Part shown: piece after piece, positions 12,984 through 25,457 of the stretch
Position numbering within the stretch: position 1 is the first letter of the stretch
Layout of the letters: every line of letters begins with the position of its first letter
NCBI GenBank assembly: GCA_964016885.1
Contig: OZ024740.1
Location: 124,248,001 to 124,312,000 of the forward strand
DNA from: Eledone cirrhosa
Taxonomy: Eukaryota
Reading direction: 5' to 3'
DNA length: 64,000 bases
Notes under the pieces: generated by a model
Database searches by the model: none
What the model was told of the DNA's origin: nothing
The model's input: the letters and a program-made list of their open reading frames with translations, nothing else
Position numbers and translations under genes: made by a program

Positions 12984-13439
12984 AGAAGTCGACCTTAAGT
13001 TGGAGCAATAACATTAAGAAAGACGTGGATGACACCACAACACTTTGTTTTGAAAATTTCGAAAGTAGGTTTATAAGTATGAATTTTCATAAGATTTTCG
13101 TAGTTGTCTCTATGGCTTAGCGGTAGGTACTAGAGACGGTGGAGATCCTGGCCTTGTGTTCAATCCTGGTGAAAAGGTACATGTAACCTTTTTCAGTTTT
13201 TATTTTACAACCAATAGAAAAAACTGAAAAGGTTTGCCAGGAACCCTATTCCAAACCAGGATCGAACATCAGACCAGGATCACCACCGTCTATGAATCCT
13301 CCAACTAGGCCACCGAGAAAGTTACAAAAGAATAATGAAGATTTATAAGTATAAACCTACTTCCAAAATCAAAGTTTAAAAAATGTGGTGTCGTTCATGG
13401 CTTTCTTAGAGCTATTAGTAATATTTAGGGTCCACTTCT
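12984..13439. repeat. Imperfect ~450-bp fold-back with a tRNA-like (Pol III A/B box) segment in each arm
   Basis: agaagtcgacc / ggtccacttct ends and aagtaggtttata / tataaacctactt internal match. The + strand has TGGCTTAGCGG (13113) and GTTCAATCC (13158). The - strand has TGGCCTAGTTGG (13312) and GTTCGATCC (13267). Confidence 0.75.
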
Positions 13440-14078
13440 GGTCATTATTGAAAGGCTCTGGATTTCGTAAAATACATAATATTTTCTATTGGAGATGGTA
13501 AGATATTTTTCCACAAAAATTTGATTGCACTGTTTTGTCTCTACTGTTTTGTTTCCACTGTTTTGTAGGTGGGCCCCCTTCATCTCCTGGCAAACAATAT
13601 TTTTAGACCCAGTCCGCCACTGGCTGGGGAAGTAAACTGCCGATTAAATGATAGCAATGGCCTTGGATTTTAAATGTGAAATAATCATAGTCAGTATGAT
13701 CTTTTTCAGCTCCAAAGGACGTCATCTGAAACGAAGAAATATACCGCATAGTACGGACTGTAAGAAGTATATGGATAAAAGCTGGAGGATAGATTAATTT
13801 CAAATAGTATCAATTGTTTTTGTTCTGTAAAATCAAAGACTGTAAAACGACTATAAGCTAACGCAATATTGTTGAACCTTTAGCTGTTTTTTTTGTGGGA
13901 CGTCTCTCTCTGAATATCTAACACTTTAATTGTATCTCTCTCTCTCTGTATAACCGCTTATCTCTCTGTCTTTCTGTCCCTCCGTATGTTTCTCTCTCTC
14001 TCTCTCTCTTTAGATGTGTGTGTATATGTGTCTAGTTTTCGTGTGATTCAACTAACCGACCAATAAACATCTTTCTTA

Positions 14079-14240
14079 GGGTCGGACACCATGCTTTCCA
14101 GCATAGTTACGTCCCTTTATGGTTTGAGTTCAAATCCCGTCGAGGTTAACTTTGCCTTTCATCCTTACGGGGTCGATAAAAATAAAGTACCAGTAATGTA
14201 CTGGGTAATTGCTGGCCTTGTGCCAAATGTAGAAACAATT
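14079..14240 (+). mobile_element. SINE family A copy (5'-truncated)
   Basis: gagttcaaatcccgtcgaggttaactttgcctttcatccttacggggtcgataaa. Confidence 0.85.
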
Positions 14241-14244
14241 ATAT

Positions 14245-14445
14245 ATGGATTATTTTTTCCAGCCTGTGGCGTTCGAGACGTTTGGTGGAGTTGGGCCGCT
14301 GACAGCGAACTTCCCGTCATAGATGGTGGCTCACCCTACTGAGGCGTCATGTGATGCCTGTGAGAGTGCCTGGTTTCAGCGCCTTAGCCTCGCCATCAGC
14401 CGTGGCAATGCTGCGAACGTATTGACTTGCCTCGAAGTGCATGAA
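14245..14445 (+). mobile_element. 3' fragment of a CRE-like LINE (restriction-enzyme-like endonuclease C-terminus)
   Basis: Translates, with a frameshift and a stop, as FFQPVAFETFGGVGP ... FQRLSLAISRGNAANVL. This matches the P-x-A-x-ET-x-G ... QRLS-x-AI-x-RGNA C-terminal signature of CRE-clade elements. Confidence 0.7.
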
Positions 14446-14458
14446 TGTTTATTATATA

Positions 14459-15087
14459 CTAGCAGTTGTACCCGGCGTTGCACGGGATAAGTTATTTTGG
14501 AACGCGAGCCGCCAACAGACCTAATCGTGGAAACACTGCATGCCTGGACAATATGTAAAGAAAATAAACCGAATACTCTGATGGCTGGATAATCTTTAAG
14601 ATTTTCCTCGATGAAGCAGGAAAAATGCAGGTTTTCACCTAATGCCGGCCCTAGGGGATAAAGAAAATGAATTTTTATATGTGCATAATATGCCTTGAAA
14701 TTTCGGAATAATCGGCTAGACGCCTCAAAAGAGCCCTAAAAACCTGAAAAAATGAAGTTTTTCACCTAATGCGGGCCCTAGTCCATAAAAAGTTGGATTT
14801 TCTTTGCTCACGGTATGAAGAAGAGACTGACTAATACATAGTTACAATTTCAAGGAAATCGGTCTGAGGTAACTTCTCAAAAAGACCCCCGAAAGGCTGA
14901 AAAAACGCAGTTTTTCACCTAATGCGGGTCCTAGGGATAAAAAGGTTGAGTGCATAACACTCCCTGAAACATAAGTAATACACATGTAAAGTTTGAAAAA
15001 GATCGGTTGGGTACTTTTCGAGTTTTAGGGATTCAAATTCACCGACACACACATACAGACAGACATCCTCAGTTTTATATATATACA
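14459..15087 (-). mobile_element. Non-autonomous Helitron with three internal tandem subrepeats
   Basis: The minus-strand 3' end is CCCGTGCAACGCCGGG-tacaactg-CTAG|T. The 5' end is TGTATATATATAAAACTGAGGATGTCTGTCTG, with TG in place of the canonical TC. ttttcacctaatgc.gg.cctag recurs at ~14632, 14759 and 14911. Confidence 0.85.
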
Positions 15088-15598
15088 TATGTATGTGTGT
15101 GTGTTTTTGTGTATAGAACAATGAAAACAAGACAGAAGCAGGTAGTTTATGAGATCAATTTGTTATGATCGTTTCAAAAGGTCAATTAGTCATGGAAGAT
15201 CAATGTAGCAACTAGCATGGTAGCGGTTAGGTTCCTACCTATTTCTAGTCTCAAAATTCCTGTTTAATTAACCATCTTGTTCAGAAACTTATTCCAAAAT
15301 TTCAATTTAGGGAACTATTAGTCTGACTGACAATTTAAGTTAGCCTAACTCATATAACCAGTTCCCTAACATGGATTCAAGAACAAAAGAAACAATATTA
15401 TTTCAAATCATTGCAACAGCTAGAATTGGAAGAACATTATTCTTTCATCAGGGAACCACCACCACTAATTCACTGAATCACCTGCACTATATATATATCA
15501 TCATCATCATCATCATCATCAGGTTTAGCGTCCGTGTTCCACGCTTGCATGGGTTTGGATGGGGGTTTTCCCACTTGAGGCAAGAGTGGTTGTCTTGC

Positions 15599-15722
<124 letters not shown>

Positions 15723-15779
15723 ATGTAATTCCAAAGGAAAAGCAAAAGAAAAAAGTGTGCTCTATTTATAGAACAGAGC

Positions 15780-15957
15780 TATTTAGTTAGAAAGTGAACA
15801 ACACAAAATATAACTGTTCCATTACCAAAGGTTTCTGGATCACAGACGATAATAATATATACATCTGGATCCTTCCAGACGTATATATTATTATTGTATG
15901 TGATCCAGAAACCTTTGGTAATGGAGTAGTTATATTTTGTGTTGTTCACTTTCTAAC

Positions 15958-15962
<5 letters not shown>
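15780..15962. repeat. Fold-back hairpin between (TA)n tracts
   Basis: Arms 15780-15862 / 15881-15962 with few mismatches. The loop is itself a hairpin, tctgga-tcct-tccaga. Confidence 0.93.
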
Positions 15963-16040
<78 letters not shown>

Positions 16041-16046
<6 letters not shown>

Positions 16047-16472
16047 ATTAAGTCAAATATTTAAAATGTGGCTTCGTTTATTAAAGATGTACTGCTATAT
16101 ATAATTCGGTGACAGCCATCATTGGCTGTGACCTCTCCAGGCAGTCCGAATTGGTGTGGTAGAGACAGGTACACATGTTGTTGAGGTGTTTTACTCCGTC
16201 AATACTCTGATATGTCCAGCTCCTGGTTGGGTTGTTATTTCTCTGAGGAACTATGATTCCAGTTCCTCAGAGAAATAACAACCTAACCAGGAGCTGAACA
16301 TATCAGAGTATTGACGGAGTAAAACACTTCAACAACATGTGTACCTGTCTCTACAACACCAATTCGGACTGCCTGAACAGGTCACAGCCAATGATGGCTG
16401 TCACAGAATTATATATAGCAGTACATCTTTAATAAATGAAGCCAAATTTTAAATATTTGACTTAACTATTTT
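16041..16472. repeat. 212-bp-arm hairpin with an 8-nt loop, TA-flanked
   Basis: Arms 16041-16252 / 16261-16472, loop atgattcc, scattered substitutions only. Confidence 0.95.
16368..16422 (+). ncRNA. Degenerate type-I hammerhead ribozyme motif (mirror copy at 16091-16145, - strand)
   Basis: ACTGC-CTGAACA-G-gtcacagcca(atga)tggctgtcac-AGAAT-tatata-TA-GCAGT. The mirror arm has CTGGAGA and CGAAT, so the consensus core is CTGAAGA...CGAAT. Confidence 0.6.
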
Positions 16473-16563
16473 ATATTACGCCAGAGTAACCAAACCAACC
16501 TACATACTTCGTTGAGTGCTCCAATCTGCATACTGAGATGTCGGTAAACAACCAACATATACT

Positions 16564-16604
<41 letters not shown>

Positions 16605-16837
16605 AACAGTCACACAAGATAGGATTCTGTACAGTGTTTGTCCACCTCATTCCACCCACGAAGCATTGATCATCATAGAGAAATAACAGTAGGAATGAAT
16701 GTTGAAATTTATATATGTGGGACATACTCAATGACATGGCTCCCAATGCACATGTATATATACAATTAACGTGTTTATGTATAAATGTTATATGTACGTC
16801 TAAACAAGCACTTGAATGTAATAGTACACATGCACAT

Positions 16838-17136
16838 ATAAACAATATGCCCCCCCCCCCCCACCGCAAGGTGGTCGTGGAGGTGCCACGGCAAAAAAGC
16901 ACCCAGCCCACACTGTAAAGTGGACGTGTAGGCGCCACAAAAAAGCACCCAGCACTCACTGTAAATGAGGTTGGTGTTAGGAAGGGCATCCAGCTGTAGA
17001 AATCAAGCCAGATCAGTTCCTGTATGAGCAAGGCATGGTCAGCCGACCAGACACTGCCCACAACAGGACAACCCGTCTAACCCATGCTAGCGTGGAAGAA
17101 CGGACGTAAAACGGTGATGATGATGATGATGATGAT
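16838..17136 (+). mobile_element. Heavily 5'-truncated RTE copy (3' UTR plus (GAT)n tail)
   Basis: Near-identical to 2245-2540. Confidence 0.9.
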
Positions 17137-20100
17137 GCACACATACACATAGATACATATACACACACATACCCACACAAATAAGATATTCCACATGTTA
17201 TGTATATAGTGAATTTTGTAATCTAGAGAGAGACTGATTGAAAGAAACTGAGAGAGAGCAGTGAAATAAGAGAGTTATGTGCATAAATGTGCTGAATTTA
17301 GTAGACGAGCATATAATAGTGACCTTCATAAACAAATTAATCTGCACCAACATGAACTTGTCTTGACAAAATAAAAACGATAATACAAACGACAAATTTA
17401 CAATAAAGAAAGAAATGTGACTTTGGAAAATGTACTGAGTCTATATTGTCCGGAATGTTATGTTATTTAATGCACTAATATTTTCATTAGACTATTTTGC
17501 AAGAATTATTGCTGCAATTATTTTTATAATAATATTAATAATAAAAACAATACTAACCAAAACAATAAAAATAATGATGATAATAATAATTATTATTATT
17601 GTTATTATTGTTATTATCATTATGACTGTTTTTAACAGTAAAGGCAATTAACAGAAGGGATGTTAGTATGTGTGTGTCCATATATATGTGCATGCATGCA
17701 CACAGCTACACACATACATATGTGTGTGTATGCTTGTATGTATATATATATATTGTCTTGGCATGATGGAAAGTTAAAATTGGGCTTTCAAAATAATTAG
17801 GCATAAGCCAATAGTAATATATTTTCATACTCAATTAACAAAGTAGAAGGTCTATAGTTGTGAAATGAATACTAAATGGGGGAAACATGGGTGAAAAAAA
17901 GAGATTGATCAGAAATAATAACATAAGGTGAAGAAAAATAATTATAAAAATGTAAGTTATCTCCACAATGAAAACTACAATAATGAAGAGGATAATGATA
18001 ATAGTAGCATCAATTATCAACATGAATGAAAATAATTCCTCTGAACAACGATAAGGAACTTAATAACATAGACTGAAAATAGAAATGTTTACAAAACTCT
18101 CGAGAAAGAACAAATAAAAGACAGCATTATATCTAAATAACAGTCAAAGTGTATTACTATATATATGTGTGTGTCCATCTATTTTTAGTGAATGTGTGTG
18201 AGAAAGAGATCATTATCATGATATCAGAATATAATGCACGCAGTGCACTCTGTACAGTGGTTTGTTTTAGAAAGTGCATCAAGATATAGAAACCATGCCA
18301 AAAATAGAATGTACATATAAGATATAAATTTTCAGTCGATCTAGGATTGCTTTAACTCCGAATAAGAACTGACTCAGACCATAACGGCCTATCCAACCCA
18401 TGCAGCATGGAAAAAAGGTGGCTTAAAATCATGTTGATGGTGATGATAATAACATTGTTAAAGTTGATTAACATCATTATCTTAAGGTTCTTCCAGCAAT
18501 AGTATTGATCAGAGGGTAGATCAATGAAAAAATGTTGTCCGTTGAAGCAACTATAAATGTATATATGTATCATCATCGTCCTTTTTTCATCCACTTTTCT
18601 ATGCTGGTAAGGGATAGACAGGACATTTGAAGAGAACATTCTAAAGTGGGATGCCTTTCTTGATATTAAATCTTTTAGTCACCTTTTATGGTATGCAGGT
18701 ATATGGTGCACCTATTCTTAAAACTGGTATATATATACACACACACTGGCCCCATTATAGATTGTAATCACAGAATTTGCCTGTTCATAGATTGGATATA
18801 TCCATACAGTAAATAAAACCTACTGCACATACAATGTTTGTTTCATAATAACTAAATATAACATCATCAGTATGAAAGATTTCTCTAGTGAATTAATTTG
18901 AAAGTAGACTGGAAAATGTATTCTTTTATTTCAATCATTGAGGTTTAATCATATTCTTCAACTCCAGTGCTTATATATATATAATCTAAAGTAAAACTTT
19001 GCCCACAACTTGCAATTGAGCATTACTTGCTTGTATGCACCATGCTTTTGCTAAGGCTTTAGATGCTGGTTCTGTTTCAAGCAGATACAGACATCTTCTC
19101 ACCCACACCTCTTTTGATCCATCAAAACATCCAGGATACGACAGCATTGTGTTGGTATTTTGTGGATTCTAAAAAGATAAAAGGTAAAGTGGACCATGGC
19201 AGGATTTGAACTCAGAGCACACTGTCAAAATAAATATTCGGTACTAAAGACTTAGCGAAATCAGCTGCTTAAAGAGCATCCTAGGAAAAATAAGTTTTTT
19301 TTTAAAACCAATATGTAGCATGTTTCTCTACACTCTTACCCTTACATTCACATGTTAGCTATTAAACCTTTCCAAGAACTACATTAAGAGTGCAATATAT
19401 CAACACCTACAAGCATCTAGAGTTCTAATTCATTTTAGGACAGGTTTCATATATTTATATACACTTAGTTTATCTTTTCTGAAATCACAAATGTTTCTTG
19501 TTTGAAGAATAGTATGCTTGAAAGGTAGTTAAAATATTAAAAGGTAATTGGTAAGCCTGGTTAGGAGAATGTTTATTGTCAAGGCTATATAACTTGTGTG
19601 ATAAAGCGAGGAACTTATGCTCAGAGCAGAGACCTGGCCCTTTGATAAAATAACTCAAACACTAGGTGGTGGTATTAAACCAGAAAACAGATTAAGCTTA
19701 TCACCAAACAACAGGCAAGATCTCTCTGACAAGTTTCTACACAGGTTCTATTAATTAAATTTCAATCATACAGATTGAATACAAGACTCAAACTACAACC
19801 ATAACTTCAACATAGTCGACGAAGACAGTTTGATTAAACCTGAAACCATGTATTTGCAAAACAACTTTATAAGGCAGTATCTTTGTTATTTTGCCAGCTA
19901 AAAGAAATTTACTGATTTTAGACAAGAACTGCAACACAAGATTCCTGAATGTTCACTAAGTCCAACATTTAATACAGATATTTCTGAGTACAACATTTAA
20001 TACAGATATATCTCAGTGTAATGAGATTGAAATGAAATAAACAGCCTCTCTGAAAAACATGCTTGGGATAACTTAAGATCCTATCTCCTGGAAAAGCAAT

Positions 20101-21110
20101 TTCCCCTCAACTATTTAAAATAGAAAACCAAAACAGTGGTTAACAACTCTTACAATAAATCATTTGAAAATAAATGCAATTTATTGGTGTTACATAATAT
20201 ACAACAATAATAATTTCTGTTTTATTGGATATTTCAACCATCATCTGTTGCTTTAAGGTAACATAGGATAGAAAATGCTGCATATTCTAATACGTTCATG
20301 TATGTTTGGATCATGCACAATGCAGCAAAATGGTATACATAATTGTAGAGGAACCACTCAATCATCAAATAGTTGGATATGAAAAATATACATGCTTTGC
20401 CTTAACTTACAATTTGTTGCCAGTGGCAAGAATTGATTTCATGATTTGTATGCTATCACTCAGACACTGCATCTACTGCAAAGCTTCTTAGTATTTATGA
20501 ATAATTTCTATGAGGGTATTTTAACTATTCCTAAGTAACTAAACTGAAAAATAGTCAGGTAAAATATGTTTATTTTTTGTGTATGTATAATATATTTTTA
20601 GATTTTTTTCTACCTTTTACATTATTGAAATACCGTTTAAAGCAAATGTATTCTGCATTTATTTATACAGTTTGATTTCTCTTAATAGTGTATGAAATAG
20701 TATAATTATTTTTACAATGTTTTTTTTTTCTCGAAAACTAGACTGAAATAAGTACTGTGGTTGATATGATCAGCTAAAACCTATGAACTGATACTCAAGT
20801 ATCATTGCAGTGCATTAACTGCAACTAGTAAAAGAAATGAGAGATTAAAAGAATGATAATGATTATTTAGTATTTCACGTCTTGTAATGAAAATATTAAA
20901 CATGTTTGATAATCCAATGTTAATAGTATATTTACTTGTACACAGTTCGCTGTGAAAAATTGTAGTTTTAGGCTAAAGTAAAGACTTCAATGTTTAATAT
21001 GTAATGTTGTCATAGCACTACTTTGTACTTTCAAAGAATGTTTTGTGGTTTCATGTGGTACAAAATGTTATGTTTTCATGTTTAATTTAGTGTTAGGTGC
21101 ATGTTTAATT

Positions 21111-21209
21111 AAGTGTTAGGTGCTTGTTCAGAGTCATGACAATAGTTATTGTAAGTCCAGAACTTACAATAACCATTGTGTCATGACTCTGAACAAGCAC
21201 CTAACACTT
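21111..21209. repeat. ~46-bp-arm hairpin
   Basis: aagtgttaggtgcttgttcagagtcatgaca ... tgtcatgactctgaacaagcacctaacactt. Confidence 0.9.
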
Positions 21210-21238
21210 TTGATGTACTGTAATTTATTAAACAAACC

Positions 21239-21377
21239 TTAAGCTTTCTCCTACTTGCTAGTTGATAAAGTACAAATGGAAAGTGTAAAACAACTGCTAT
21301 GAATCATTAAGCTTTCTCCTACTTGCTAGTTTATAAAGTACAAATGGAAAGTATAAAACAACTGCTATGAATCATTA
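21239..21377 (+). repeat. ~70-bp tandem duplication
   Basis: ttaagctttctcctacttgctagtt.ataaagtacaaatggaaagt.taaaacaactgctatgaatca occurs twice. Confidence 0.93.
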
Positions 21378-22212
21378 TTCTACTCTGCTATGACAAGCAA
21401 AGATAAATAAAGCAACAAGTGTTTTAAGGTTGTTTCTTGCATTTTAAAACGTTTTTTTTTTATTTGGTTGCAGACAGGAGTTGTGCATATGATTTTCTGC
21501 AGGCTCTCCAAGATTGAATAAATTGATGCCATTGAGATGCACTTTAAATTGTCGCAGGTAAATTCGTGTAGGAAAAATATTTTTGATTAGAAAATTCCAA
21601 AGGATTGCCATTCTGGAAACAAATGACTAAATATAATAATTAGTGCAGAGGTTGAGGTTGGAATATAATATGGGTGATGAGAAAAGGAACCACAAGTGAG
21701 GCAGGAGAACCTGGGTGAAGATGGCCAAAGCAGGAGTTAGCTTTATGAGAGGCTATATAATCATGAATTTGAAGTCATGCTTTTGGCTGGATTTCCTCCT
21801 TGATGACAACACATTTAGATGACGTACCTATTCTAAAGTGAATACACACAGCAGTTAATGGATGTAAACAATAAAATGCTTTAAAAAAGATATCTATATA
21901 AAACAATTTTTTTTCAACTTGGAAGAATATGCATTCTTGATTGATGCCATTGATGTTGGGTTTAAACTGTTACAGGTCCACCCCTTTGGGAAGGGGTGAG
22001 CCAGGAGGGAGTTAATGACATATCCTGTTTTCATTTGATATTATAGTAATACTGGTTAGTTACTGAGATCATTAAATCAATTAAGTTAATGTTTGAACAT
22101 GACAAACATTGAACTACAGCTAATATCAGTCCACTATTCTGAACATCTGCTCCAGTTCAATCCATATTTTTCATGTGGCTAAACCAATATAAATTGAACA
22201 CATTTTCTTCTC

Positions 22213-22358
<146 letters not shown>

Positions 22359-23014
22359 GGTCTGTGCATACAATAAATATACAAATACATACACACATAA
22401 TAACATAGTACAAGTTTCAGAAACTATAACATTGATATAATGCCATTAATTTCCTTTGTTATAATTCACTCACAAATACATTAAGCTATGTAAATGAAAT
22501 AATAAGCTTTGATAAACATTGTGATGATGGATCTAATGATATCATTTGCCTTCTTTTATGGCCCTTAATTCAATGATAGAAAAAAAATCATTTTAGTAAA
22601 CTGACCTTTGAGATTAGAAGTAATGATTATGTTTCCTTTGGTGAGATGATAACTCTGTGATGAGTATATACATGAAATATGTACAGAAAGTATGATTCAG
22701 AACATTTGCCCAAATACAATATCGATCATTTAATAAAATTATCTAATGAAAGGCTATATTTCTTTTTTATAATATAACTTGCCTAATTAAATACTATTGA
22801 TATAGTTTATATGTATACTAAGTGTGTCATCATATTTCATTTAAAGTACTAATGATAACGTCACGAACAATAACTTTTAGTGACACCATATACAAGTTGA
22901 ATAATATAAATGGAATTTGTTTGAGGAGGTGATAGAAGTAACTTAACAAAGATAAAATATAAACAAAGCTGTTGGGGAAAATATTATCTAGAAATAAAAA
23001 CAAAAATTAGAACT

Positions 23015-23490
23015 TTGTCAACAAAAGGAGTCTCTCCCTGAGCAAAGTGTATATTGTATGATGTCTGTATGTAATGTGCAATACTGTATAACTGGGAGAC
23101 ATGAGCTTTGAATACCAAACGATGTGACAATGCTGGAACAAAGTGAATCAGGCATGATCTGTTGGATGTGTGATGCCAGTATGCATGAATTAAAAAGCAT
23201 GCATAAGCTTAGAGTTAAATTGGGCATAAAACAAACCATAGCTAGCATGCAGGAGAGAAGCCTGTGATGTGTATTGATGATGATCATTGAATGAAAAATT
23301 GTTAGGAGTAACAAATCAAAAGAAGCAACAACAAAGGAAGGCCAAGGAAGACGTGGAGAGAGGTGGTGAATGCCCAAACTATGATGCTGAAATTCATAAA
23401 GGAGATGACACAGGAAAGAGAAACGGGAAGGGAAGCTGTGCTGGTGAGAACTCTAATCTACGGAAACAGGAAAATGGACATACGAATGAT
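23015..23490 (+). mobile_element. Old degenerate RTE 3' fragment
   Basis: Collinear similarity to 1775-2200 (ttgtatgatg, gagacatgag, atgatctgttggatgtgt, atgcaggagagaagcctg, ggaaggccaaggaagacgtgg). Confidence 0.6.
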
Positions 23491-24374
23491 GATACTTTGA
23501 AACATTTAATAATCTGATATTTCAGAACAAAAATACCCTTTTTTTTTTCCCTAGGAGCGTTGTAACATTTTAAAGACTGTATGGATTAGTTTCATCTGAG
23601 AAATAGAATTCTCATTTTTCTGTGGTAATTAGTCAAGTCCTTAAAGTCATATTAAGACAAAATATATGGTAGGAAAAATTTGATGCCTGTAAAACTGTTC
23701 CTATTAATTTGCAATGTTTTTTTTTTTTTGGGGGGGGGGGGGGCAATTATTTCCATAAATTTTCAAGTGATCATAAAAACGGATTTTCTAGTTGATTCCT
23801 TTGTGTATTACTGTCACAGATAAAGAATAATTTGTTGCTCTTTCCGTAAATTAATCAGATTTATTATCAAAGGTTTTCCAGGTATGACAATCCACCTTTT
23901 TCTCAGGTATTGTGTACCTTAGACTACGTTTTTCATTTTAACCTCCTTACTTTTTGTTTTGCTTTTAAGATTTAAGTACACGAATGTTGTAATGAAGTAG
24001 TGCTGGTACCACACCAAAATCATACCAGTCTACCCAGTAAGATGGTATGGAAGTGCCATGAAAAGATACAGCCAGTCCACCATGTAAGTTAGTAATGCTG
24101 GATTCATGATACAAATTCTCTAGGACATGCTATAAGGTGGTTGGTATTAGGAAGGGCAACCGACCATAGAACCCAAGCAAAAACAAAGCATACCTAGTCA
24201 CCTGACCACTTCTATCTCAACACATGACAGCCATCTAAACCATGCAAACATGGAAAATAGATGTAAAACTGTGATGATAACAATTCTTGTTACTTGTCTA
24301 TTTAAAAGTATTAATACATGTTCCAGTAATAATGATTCCTGTTATCTTAATTCACTCAAATGAAACGATATTTA

Positions 24375-25300
24375 ATTCTTCTTCACCCACTTATTCCTGG
24401 GAGGGTCATGGAAACAGAGTCCTTAAACACACCCTCCACAGGGACGTACCAGAAGCAATCATTTTCAAAATTGTTTCAGAGATCTCTCCAAAATGAGACC
24501 GACAGAACTCATGGATATTATGCAATTATCTTGCTCATGGTTGACCTCTGAAGCACCTGGTGGTAGGATTTTTCCTGTAAAATCTGTCCTCAGCAAATAC
24601 GTACAGACATTCTAACCAAATATCTGTGGTAATTGAGCTGTGATTTATCGATTCAAAGAAGTAGCACGCTGCCTGAAGTGATTCACTGATCTCTAATCTA
24701 TGCACCTTATTAAGTAATGTTACCCCAAAGACCCTTCAGAGGAACCTCATTTCAGCCACTTGTATTCTTTCAGTCATTACTGAATATTCATGACCATTGA
24801 TAAACGTAGGCTTGAACACCGAATAGAAAATTGTGTGTGTAGCTTTTATACCTACCTCCTTTCATCTGTTGACTGAGTTCTGAATCTGGTGCATTCCTAT
24901 ATTTAATTCAGCCTCCCGCTTCTATCACTTGTTAAAATAGCTCTGAGACATGTAAACTTTTCCATCTGCTTCAGTGGAACCCCACTCACATAAAGAATTC
25001 ACTGTGCAGGCTTTCTTCAGAAGAGTTTCTCAGTGTTTGCAGCACTGATTTACATTTCTGCCATGCAGCACTCTACAGGAGACCTATTCAGTGTATGCTA
25101 GAGACCATGTTCCAGTGAGTTATGTATTACTATGTAGTCTGAAAACTCCATCCAACTGATCTTACATACACCAGAGTTATGCTACCACTTCCTATATGCC
25201 TGTACACCAATCCTGTTCTTGAAAATTATGAATTGGGGAGTTGACAGTACACACCCTTGGCAGAGTCCGACACCCACATTGAATGCTTTTGACTTAGAAC
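24375..25300 (-). mobile_element. Decayed Rex3/Expander-like RTE fragment
   Basis: The 3' end cacttattcctgg.agggtcatgg ... agaagcaatc is shared with 37295-37375. The 25250-25295 segment encodes SKAFNVGVGLCQGCVLS. Confidence 0.65.
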
Positions 25301-25457
25301 CATATACCAAATTTAAGAATTCAAAAATCATAATATATAAGCATTAAAATTTCTCCATTTTCAAATCATAACCAATTTGTTGCAGGATCATGTTACCATC
25401 CATGGTAACATCAGGCGACTTTTGTCATCATTTGTTCTCAAATAATTGATCAATTTG

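Noticed and set aside
14632-14945. Regularly spaced ~25-bp direct repeats resembling a CRISPR array
   Set aside because: Only three units with related ~110-130 bp spacers, inside a Helitron, in eukaryotic DNA with no cas genes.
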